Origin: Macrostomum lignano
Lineage: Eukaryota
Direction of reading: 5' to 3'
DNA length: 64,000 bases
Assembly: GCA_002269645.1 (NCBI GenBank)
Contig: NIVC01000874.1
Location: 1 to 64,000 of the forward strand
Shown: one piece after another, positions 48,880 through 59,018 of the stretch
Layout: each line of letters opens with the position of its first letter
Position numbering within the stretch: the stretch's first letter is position 1
Notes under the pieces: generated by a model
Told to the model about the DNA's origin: nothing
What the model saw: the letters and a program-made list of their open reading frames with translations, nothing else
Database searches by the model: none
Position numbers and translations under genes: made by a program

Positions 48880-51800
48880 TCAGTTCTCCAGAAAGCCGGC
48901 CTCCATCTCTCCCAGGATGTAATGGATGGTCTTGGCGTAGATCTCGGCGATGCTGTCGTTGTACCGGTCCTCCAGGGTCAGCTTCACGGCCTCCAGGAAC
49001 GGCTGCTCCATCGCCTGCGGTTGGGAAGGAGCGTGGGGGAGTGACTGGCTGAGCTGGTAGGGAGTGACTGGCTGAGCTGGTAGGGGAGTGACTGGCTGAG
49101 CTGGTAGGGGAGTGACTGGCTGAGCTGGTAGGGGAGTGACTGGCTGAGCTGGTAGGGGAGTGACTGGCTGAGCTGGTAGGGAGTGACTGGCTGAGCTGGT
49201 ATGGGAGTGACTGGCTGAGCTGGTATGGGAGTGACTGGCTGAGCTGGTAGGGGAGTGACTGGCTGAGCTGGTAGGGGAGTGACTGGCTGAGCTGGTAGGG
49301 GAGTGACTGGCTGAGCTGGTAGGGGAGTGACTGGCTGAGCTGGTAGGGGAGTGACTGGCTGAGCTGGTAGGGGAGTGACTGGCTGAGCTGGTAGGGGAGT
49401 GACTGGCTGAGCTGGTATGGGAGTGACTGGCTGAGCTGGTAGGGGAGTGACTGGCTGAGCTGGTAGGGGAATGACTGGCTGAGCTGGTAGGGGAGTGACT
49501 GGCTGAGCTGGTATGGGAGTGACTGGCTGAGCTGGTAGGGGAGTGACTGGCTGAGCTGGTAGGGGAGTGACTGGCTGAGCTGGTAGGGTAGTGACTGGCT
49601 GAGCTGGTATGGGAGTGACTGGCTGAGCTGGTATGAAAATGACTGGCTGAGCTGGTAGGGGAGTGACTGGCTGAGCTGGTAGGGGAATGACTGGCTGAGC
49701 TGGTAGGGGAGTGACTGGCTGAGCTGGTAGGGGAGTGACTGGCTGAGCTGGTAGGGGAGTGACTGGCTGAGCTGGTAGGGGAGTGACTGGCTGATCTGGT
49801 AGGGGAGTGACTGGCTGAGCTGGTAGGGGAGTGACTGGCTGATCTGGTAGGGGAGTGACTGGCTGACTGAGGATCCGAGCTTCTCCGTGCTTGCCCAAAC
49901 CGCTCGATCTCCTCATCCCAGAATCCCAGCCGCCACATCGGGAAATTCTCAGGGAATCAGCTGCGGTTTTCAGCGGTGCATTAAGTGGTCTCCCGGCCGC
50001 CATCGACCCAAGCCAGCCTGTCTACTGGCAGTTGCAGTCCCCAGACAGACAGGCATATTTTCCGCTCGAGTGGCAGCGCAGACCAAGAGGAAACGGACGG
50101 GCCGGGCGGCACACGAGAGAGTGACCGCCTGAGGGCACTCGGTGCTCGGCAGCGAAACCGGACACGCAATAGCGGCTGGCCTTTCCTGCCTGACAATTTC
50201 TTTTTCTCATTTTCTGTCTCTCTGCCCTGCCTCCCGGGAGTCTGCGGGGTTGAGCAGATCGGGCGAACCTTCCAATCCCTTGGTTTGGGGAGGGGGCAAT
50301 TTTTGTTTGATGAGGCCGCGACAGGAGGCTGGCCAATCAGGGTGCCAACACGACAGGCAGGCAGGAAGAAGCTTGACTTCTGCGATTCCGCATCGTGTGG
50401 GTGGATACCGCTGGTCTGTCTAGGAATTGGGATCGGAATTCGTTGTACATGCATGAGTTGCTCCTGCACTTTTACTCACTGACTGTATCAGGATTTCTCT
50501 TAGTCTAAGTGGATTAATCACCGTCTTAATAGGTTGCTCATACACGATAGGGTTGCTCATACACTAGCTAGATTGGTCATGCACTAGTTAGATTGGTCAT
50601 ACACTAGCTAGATTGGTCATACACTCGCTAGATCGGTCATACACTAACTACATGTAGATTTGTCATACACTAGTTAGATTGGTCATACACTAGCTAGATC
50701 GGTCATACACTAGCTAGACTGGTCATACACTAAGCTAGATTGGTCATATACTAGCTAGATTGGTCATATACTAGCTAGATTGGTCATATACTAGCTAGAT
50801 TGGTCATATACTAGCTAAATTGGTGATACACTAGCTAGATTGGTCTAGATTGGTCATACACTAGCTAGATTGGTCTAGATTGGTCATACACTAGCTAGAT
50901 TTCTCATACACTAGCTAGATTGGTCATACACTAGCTAGATTGGTCATACACTAGCTAGATTTCTCATACACTAGCTAGATTGGTCATACACTAGCTAGAT
51001 TGGTCATACACTAGCTAGATTGGTCATAAACTAGATAGATTGGTCATAAACTAGATAGATTGGTCATACACTAGCTAGTTAGGTCATACACTAGCTAGAT
51101 TGGTCATACACTAGCTTTGATCAAAGGTAGCAGCTATGAGTGTGAGCTGTTCACAAGCAGGCTCAGAGTGCAGTTTACTATTTCTACATCTACATCGCTC
51201 AGAATCTTGAATTAGGTCAAGTTGCGCACACACTGGCCAAACAGCTTGCCTACTGTAAGCCCCAGGAGTTTTGCAACTTCAGTCCGCATCCTCCCAAAGC
51301 GCTATAAAAGTACATTTCAGGTTGAGAGAAGCAGATTTCGCAAGCAGCCGCGCGGCGATGTCGGAGCCAGGATCAGCCGCGGCCAGCAGCCGTCAGTCAG
51401 CTGCAGCGTTTCCCACTCGCCCAGCCTCCTCCGGCGGGAACAGCGCCAGGAATGAGCCGTCCCTGCCTTCCCGCCCTGCTCCCTCTCCCCACCCCCTGCT
51501 TCCCGTCCGCAGCCAGCCGGAACTGCCCTCAGTGGGAATCTGCGGAATTCACCGGCTCCCCGCTGCCGGCGGGACACGCAGAGTGCTCACCAGCTACGCT
51601 CAACAACGGATTCCCAACGGATTCTGGTTCTGAATCGGGACAATAGCCTCTTCATAGCTATTAATATTTTTAGGAAATTTTCTGAAATTTTCTGTCAAAT
51701 CGCATGTAAAAGTATAGTGTCATAACTTGTCTAAATACATGAAAATATCACTTCTAAATTTGTCTATGGCCGAATTCCACAGACCCCCTTTTGAGCCATA

Positions 51801-54800
51801 GACAATATAACATTAACAACTCCAGGGCAGACAAGCTTTGCACACCGGTCTTTTGGGCATAGACATTCTCAGCCTCAACACGCCTTCCCATTCACAGAAT
51901 GCATGAAGCATCTTAAAGTCACTGCCACAGAGTCACGCACTTCTTTATTCTACTCTACTTTCTCCCTCTCTAGGCTGCTACGAGAGAGCAACCGGTTGGC
52001 CAATATTGACACTAGCGAGGCCATGTTGCGTATAAAAATCTAGTGAACTCAGGCACGGCTTTGGGGGGGGGCAAGCTGGTGGATGGCAGAGAAAGGATTT
52101 TCCAACCGTTATCTTTCGCTTCATCTCCTCGCCCCATCTCCGGGCTGTCGTGTCTATAGAGGCAACTGGGGATTATCAAGTCCATCCTTATCAATTCCCC
52201 CTTTCACTTTTATCTCCCCGGAGCTGCTCCCGCTGCCTGTGTCCCCCCCGAATCCGCTCAAATCATCAGCCCTTTGATGTTCCATGCAGCCTCCCTTCGG
52301 CCTGTCTGCTCTGGTGTTCGAACAGTTTCTTTGTTCGTTTTATCCTGTGTTCACCCCGGTGGCGATAGGGGTTTCACGATTTTGTCTTCTGCCTGCAGTC
52401 TGCCTTTCCTACAGTCTGCCTCTGTCTGCAGTCTGCCTCTGTCTGCATTCTGCCTCTGACTGCAGTCTGCCTCTGTCTGCAGTCTGTCTCTGTCTGCAGT
52501 CTGCCTCTGTCTGCAGTCTGCCTCTGTCTGCAGTCTGCCTCTGTCTGCATTCTGCCTCTGTCTGCAGTCTGCCTCTGTCTGCAGTCTGTCTCTGTCTGCA
52601 GCCTGCCTCTGTCTGCAGTCTGCCTCTGTCTGCAGTCTGCCTCTGTCTGCAGTCTGCCTCTGTCTGCAGTCTGCCTCTGTCTGCAGTCTGTCTCTGTCTG
52701 CAGCCTGCCTCTGTCTGCAGTCTGCCTCTGTCTGCAGTCTGCCTCTGTCTGCAGCCTGCCTCTGTCTGCAGTCTGCCTCTGTCTGCAGTCTGCCTCTGTC
52801 TGCAGTCTGCCCTTCCGCAGTCTGCCCCTTGCCGCAGTCTGCCCCTTGGACGCAGTCTGCCCCTTAGCCGCAGTCTGCCTTTTGGCCGCAGTCTGCCCCC
52901 TGGCCGCAGTCTGCCCCTTGGCCGCAGTCTGCCCCTTAGCCGCAGTCTGCCTTTTGGCCGCAGTCTGCCCCTTGGCCGCAGTCTGCCCCTTGGCCGCAGT
53001 CTGCCCCTTGGCCGCAGTCTGCCCCTTGGCCGCAGTCTGCCCCCTGGCCGCAGTCTGCCCCTTGGCCGCAGTCTGCCCCTTAGCCGCAGTCTGCCTTTTG
53101 GCCGCAGTCTGCCCCTTGGCCGCAGTCTGCCCCTTGGCCGCAGTCTGCCCCTTGGCCGCAGTCTGCCCCTTGGCCGCAGTCTGCCCCCTGGCCGCAGTCT
53201 GCCCCTTGGCCGCAGTCTGCCCCTTGGCCGCAGTCTGCCCCTTGGCCGAAGTCTGCCCCTTGGCCGCAGCCTGGCTGCCCGAACTCACCCAGAACAGCTT
53301 GGCGTAAAATCCAGCAAATTTCTGATGCGTGGCGGCGGCCCGCCGGACCCGCTGCCGCGTCACCTCCATGTTGTCGATGTTGAGGATGGCCTCGTCCAGG
53401 ATACCCATCACCAGCTCGCCGTGCAGCGCCAGCTCGCCGTTCTCGCGAATATTGTCGCTGAGCTCGAGGTGGCTGAACTTCACAAACATTGCCTGCAGGT
53501 CTTTGTTTGTGCGGAATAAGCTGAAATCGGGGAGGGTGGGGCTTCTTAGAAATCTTCGATTGAACAAAGGATTTCGTCTGTCTGACGGACCGCGCATTTC
53601 CTCCGCAGTGGGAAAGTTGCTTAGATGCGACAGGCAGCCCCCTCCCCCCCCCCAAGAGCCGCAAGTCAGAGTGGCAAAGGAAGTCGAATCCGCCGCCCCC
53701 GGAGAAACAGGAATTCGAAATTCGTACTTTTCCGGTCCATTTCTCCACTTTGGTTGCGCCTCGCACCCGCTACACTGGCTGGTGCTGCCGCATACGGGGC
53801 GGAGGTCATGGGACCCCCTTCCCCCCGGTGCAGCTGGCATTCAACCTCCCCCCTCCAGTCTCCAGCGCCAGTCCTGCCACACAGCCTGCACGGCAGCTAA
53901 TTTGCAGGGAATTTCGTCCTTCGCTGGCGGCTGGAAGGCCGGAGCTGACTGATAAGCGGCTGTCAACGGAATTCCATTAATATTTCACAATTGTTGCCAG
54001 CGCGTGAGCAGCATGCAGAGTTCACAGGGACAGGTGAAGGCCAAGCATCTTCACCTACGCGACACTGCTGAGAACCTCTCGCTGAAGTCACAACTTTTTT
54101 CTGCAAAACATTTTTTCTGTTCTGATTACTTCAGAGGCCCAATTACGCGAATTTTATTTGTGCCTTCTGAGCTGCGCCGTCGGTGAGTTGAAATTGCAGA
54201 AATGAGGGAAAATCCTGAGCGAACCCGGCCTGACTCAGGGCAGCTCGACAGGCACTCAGACTCGGGCCCCGCCGAAACTAATGAGTCACGCCTGACCGAG
54301 CTGACTGAGCTGCCTCTCTGACTGCCGAGACTCCCCTAGGAGATTTTCAGAACCTGCTTGAGAAGTTTTGCTCCATCTGAGTTCGGCAGGCAGGCACCAA
54401 GATGGCCAAGAGTGCAGAGCATGGCGTCAACTCCTTGCCAGCTCATTAATTATTAATGCGGTACTCAAAGTGATGCTTTTATAATGATGAGGCTTACACT
54501 ATGCAGTAGAACTCTATCATTGTCGCCAAAAAATTGACGCTGTGTGCACCTGCAAGACATCAGTGGGGCAGCAATTTGGCCTGCAGGCGGGCGGGCGGGC
54601 AGCGAGGGGAAGAGCAGGGAGCCAGGGAGAAGGAGGCTGCAGTCGCAGTGCATGCAGGCCCTCCCGCAACGCGTTTTATTGCACCCTGCAGCCTGCCTGA
54701 GCTGCAGCCGCCCTGTGGGAGCAGCCATCCAGCTTGAGTAGTCAGTAGAGTGGGAAGTTTGCTGTAGAAACAAGCGGCTTGCCTGACTCCCCTAGGAATG

Positions 54801-56365
54801 CAACTGATATTGACATTCGGGATGTAGAAAAGGGGGGAAAAGCCCCCTTGCTTGGCGCAGCAGTCTCTAAGGAGCGGATACTCTTCACTTCTCTTCTCTA
54901 TCCGTCGCTTAGCCATTGCGGCTGCATGGTAATTCCAAAGCTCGGCTATGCTGTGCTCAGCCGCGAGTCAGATCCCAGATGCCTGCTGACACCGGCATAG
55001 CCAGACAGGATTTATAATGGATTAAAATCTACGAATGGGACTCAAGAGGTGCTTTGCCGTTCTTGTCAGTTGGAGCACATTTTGCTATGACAGGCCAAAT
55101 GGTTTTTTGAGGGAGAGGAGCCGCTTATCGATCTGCGACAGCGAAAATCTTCAAGTTGGAACTGAAAAATCTGAAACAGCTGAGCTGTGAGTTCCTGAAA
55201 TAACTGGGACCATGAAACTATGAGCGAATGAATGAGGCACTGACTGAAAGAGGCGCTGAATGAGTGAGGCACTGACTGAATGAGGCACTGATTGAATGAG
55301 GCACTGACTGAATGAGGCACTGACTGAATGAGGCACTGACTGAATGAGGCACTGACTGAAAGAGGCACTGACTGAATGAGGCTCTGACTGAATGAGGCTC
55401 TGACTGAATGAGGCGCTGAATGAATGAGGCACTGACTGAATGAGGCTCTGACTGAAGAAAAAACTGACTGAATGAGGCACTGACTTAATGAGGCACTGAC
55501 TGAATAAGACACTGACTGAATGAGGCACTGACTGAATGAGGCTCTGACTGAATGAGGCGCTGAATGAATGAGGAACTGACTGAAAGAGGCACTGACTGAA
55601 TGAGGCTCTGACTGAAGAAAAAACTGACTGAATGAGGCACTGACTTAATGAGGCACTGACTGAATAAGACACTGACTGAATGAGGCACTGACTGAATGAG
55701 GCTCTGACTGAATGAGGCGCTGAATGAATGAGGAACTGACTGAAAGAGGCACTGACTGAATGAGGCTCTGACTGAATGAGGCTCTGACTGAAGAAAAAAC
55801 TGACTGAATGAGGCACTGACTTAATGAGGCACTGACTGAATAAGACACTGACTGAATGAGGCACTGACTGAATGAGGCTCTGACTGAATGAGGCGCTGAA
55901 TGAATGAGGAACTGAATGAATGAGGCACCGACTGAAAGAGGCACTGACTGAATGAGGCTCTGACTGAAAAAAAAACTGACTGAATGAGGCTCTGACTGAA
56001 TGAAGAACTGACTGAAAGAGGCACTGACTGAAAGAGGCTCTGACTGAAAGAGGCACTGACTGAATGAGGCACTGACTGAATGAGGCACTGACTGACAGAG
56101 TACCAACACACCTGATAAACATTTCCACTCCTGTGTCGGACACTTTCCGGTGAACAGCTTTCCAAGAAGTCTTCAGCTTGTAGACCTCGCGCTCAGTGAG
56201 CCCCAGCTTTGGGTCAGCCTCCTTCTTGGCCTCTGCCTGCTGCTGTCCGCTCGCTGAGCCGTCAGCCTCGGCGCCAGCATCGGCAGCGTAGGGGCACTGC
56301 CTCGGCTGGCGCTTGTCGCTGAATCGCACGGAGCCCAGACGGCCCTTGAACTGAGTGCAGCCCAT
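48880..56365 (-). CDS. GbX: Globin X-like, N-terminally acylated globin, 3 exons, about 206 aa
   Basis: Exons 56365-56112, 53520-53289 and 49014-48880 join in frame (621 nt). MGC start, LKTSWKAV, EMFISLF, distal LHGELVMGILD, proximal ATHQKF, FW|AMEQPFLEAVKLTLEDRY. Intron phases 2 and 0 fall at or near the classical B12.2 and G7.0 positions. The symbol denotes the family; orthology is unproven. Confidence 0.9.
49035..49866. repeat. 24-bp minisatellite, same unit as 41757-42156, in globin intron 2
   Basis: Seen directly. Confidence 0.97.
50545..51118. repeat. 20-bp minisatellite CTAGCTAGATTGGTCATACA, globin intron 2
   Basis: Seen directly. Confidence 0.95.
52390..53270. repeat. Compound minisatellite: 17-bp GCAGTCTGCCTCTGTCT then 18-bp GCAGTCTGCCCCTTGGCC, globin intron 2
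   Basis: Seen directly. The unit switches at about 52810. Confidence 0.96.
55230..56097. repeat. 16-bp degenerate minisatellite GACTGAATGAGGCACT, globin intron 1
   Basis: Seen directly. Confidence 0.95.
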
Positions 56366-57387
56366 GAGAGTCCGCTGGGCTGCCTGCCCCTGCTTAGTGC
56401 CAAACTGATGTCCTGATGCAGAGCGTGAGCGCTCAGACGCTGGACTGGCGAACCCGGTGTGGCGATGCTGCTGTGCTGTCAGCGGTCCGGCGATGCAGAG
56501 TTGCTGTGCAAACCTGATATGACAGATCCGGCCTCCTGCCCTGCAGCCAATGTCAGGCAGGGCGGGGTGGCTGCAGGTCCGAGAGTACTCTGCCGCTTCC
56601 TCATTGGCCAGCTGCGGATCTTAGCAACTTTTTTAAACCGGGAGGTGAAACTTCTGCCCCCCACCCCACCGGTGAGGGGGGGGGGTCCGCTGACTCCGCT
56701 GGTTGCAGTGAGCGTGGCAATCTGAAAGATGCATGCCCCCCCCTCCTCCCTCTTAGTCAAACCCGGGGGTGTCAGCTTAGCGACTGTTGAGAGCGAGGGT
56801 AGAGCAGATCGAGTTCGGCAAGCCCCCGGGTATCGAATGGCAGAGCAAGGCCTGAGGGAGACCTGCGTCCCCTGTAGCTGCGGCTGCAACAGCTGTGGCT
56901 CCGGGCCGGGGCGAGAGCTCCGCCTTCTATCAGACAGTCAGAAAGCGGTTATTTTGCTCGGATGATTAATTCCGATCGGCCGCCGGGGGGCTGGACAGTT
57001 TCTGATTAATCTCCCCGCTTGTACTATTCGGGAAATTGAGCGTAATTAGTTTTGGCTGCCGGCGCAGCGGGCCCGACTCAATCCAGCTGGGAGGCTGAGT
57101 GCGCCATCCATTCCAAATTTGCAGATCGATCGGCCCTGCCCCGCATCGTGTGCGGCAATTAACTAATTTGGCAGGGCAGCAGCTCCGCTTGTATCTGAGA
57201 ATTACGGGGTTCTGAAATGAAAGGAAAAATATTGTTTAGCTCAGTGGCTGCATCAGTCAGGTTCGCTCAGATGAGACGGGAATGGATTTGATATTCAAAG
57301 CATCGGATATAAATTCACTTCTGAAAAAGCTTTTCGGGCTTTGAGGTTTCTGCTGCGGCTCGCGAAAACGCGCCAGTTTAAACAAAG

Positions 57388-57676
57388 GGGCGCCAGAGTA
57401 GACAAAAAGGCGCCAGAGTAGACAAAAAGGCGCCAGAGTAGACAACGAGGCGCCAGAGTAGACACAGAGGCGCCAGATTAGACAGAAGCGCCAGGGTAGA
57501 CGCAGAGGCGCCAGAGTAGACACAGGCACCAGAGTAGACACAGAGGCGCCAGATTAGACACAGAGGCGCCAGAGTAGGCACAGAGGCGCCAGAGTAGACA
57601 CAGAGGCGCCAGAGTAGACACAGAGGCGCCAGAGTAGACACAGAGGCGCCAGAGTAGACAAACAGGCACCAGAGTA
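57388..57676. repeat. 20-bp minisatellite GGCGCCAGAGTAGACACAGA
   Basis: Seen directly. Confidence 0.95.
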
Positions 57677-58120
57677 GCGGAGGTCACCAAGGCCAGTAGT
57701 ACTCAGACTTCCTTGCCCAGAAAACGGGCAGCATGTCCTTGCTGAACTGCAACATTGGGAAAATAATCATTTCGCGCGCCGGATTAGAAAAATGATGAAG
57801 CCTCTCAGGTTGACCGCCCCCCTCCCGCCCCGCAATCTGGCGTTCCTTTGTTCGTCCGTGACCTTCCGTTAAATCTCTGCTAGGAAATAAATATTTCCTG
57901 CTACTGCTGCATGAGGCGGATGCTCCAAATAATGAGTGCGCAAAATCGAAATGAAGGCCTCTCCTCACGCTCTACCGATGTGGCGTTTTTAATGGGCTCG
58001 GGGAGCGCGAATTTCGGCTCACAGAAATCTTCCTTTGCATATTTTGAATGAATTCGAGATTCAATTCATTATTAAGAATCAATTGCAGACTAGTGCTCAA
58101 GAACTGACTCAGACTTGAGT

Positions 58121-58421
58121 TGAAGTCAGTCTCAGCTATTTGTTAAGTCTCTTTGCTCACCAGTCAAACTTTTGCGCCGTAGACTAAGGGTAGCAGTTGT
58201 CTTTAGCCATTGTCGGATGATTCATCGTGCAGGAATGCACAAAACCGTGCAGGAATGCATTTCTGCGCCTAATGCTTTTTCAGTGAGATTTTACCATAGA
58301 CATCCATTCCTGCACGCAAAAGAGTGCAAGAATGCCATTCTTGCATGGAAAATCAGCCGACAATGTAGCGTTCTTCGACTGTATATTGAGTCAAGTGCTT
58401 TTTGAGCTCAAACTGACTTCA
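58121..58421. mobile_element. Possible MITE with 17-bp imperfect TIRs and internal GTGCAGGAATG repeats
   Basis: TGAAGTCAGTCTCAGCT versus the reverse complement of AGCTCAAACTGACTTCA (2 mismatches). No TSD established. Confidence 0.4.
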
Positions 58422-58703
58422 TAAAGCTGTATTATTTTTACAGTGCATTTCTGGCTTCTAGTCAAAAGCCATTGTTCAAAATGTCTATGGTAATTTAGCT
58501 CGTAGTTCAAGGCAATGACATTCATACAATGACCGGTCATTGTTTGGAATTTTTAGTGGTATAATTTTTTAAGTCAACGCGTATATTTTAAACTTAACAT
58601 ATAACAATCAAAAACTTTTAGCTATAGTTAATTCGTCGCACAAATGTCTCGATCGTAGTTATTTATGCGACATTTATGCGACATTTATGCGACATTTGTG
58701 CGA

Positions 58704-59018
58704 CTATCGTAGTTTCTCACTCGCTAGGAAATTAAGGAAGCGTTCACCGTGAATGTACATCTGCTTCCTCGTTTCGGCAGGTAGGCTTTCAATTTCTACT
58801 CGATCCATCTCGTTAACATCAAGTTGCTGTCCATCTAGGCACGGCAGTTCATCGTTAGAACGATCACTTTGAATGTAGTCAAGGAACGCGGCAAAGTCGT
58901 CGTCGCGTCGGTCGATGTTTGAAGTCTCGGAAATAAAGTTCAGTTCGAACGAGTCGACATTGCCTAATTCGTCGATAGGCAGATTGCGCCATACTCGCCC
59001 GATGAACAGCGACTCTTT
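58704..59018 (-). pseudogene. Unlisted open frame of about 105 codons resembling the N-terminal region of Crypton-type tyrosine recombinases
   Basis: Hand translation: KESLFIGRVWRNLPIDELG...LDVNEMDRVEIESLPAETRKQMYIHGERFLNFLASEKLR*. An acidic stretch is followed by S.P..T.KQ......F..FL. No catalytic part is seen. Confidence 0.4.

Noticed and set aside
48880-50003. Long Ser/His/Pro ORFs (SSASHSPT, PAQPVTPL) apparently fused to a globin C-terminus
   Set aside because: This is read-through of the intronic 24-bp array into the real last exon (49014-48880).
51271-51646. GC-rich ORF cluster in globin intron 2 as a nested gene
   Set aside because: Low-complexity translations in all frames, with no recognisable domain or consistent splice sites.
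52284-53840. 400-490-aa ORFs with AAKGQT repeats around the globin core
   Set aside because: Only 53520-53289 is an exon. The rest is intronic satellite.
55151-56365. 404-aa ORF starting MGCTQFK
   Set aside because: The true exon ends at the donor at 56111. The remainder is the 16-bp array.
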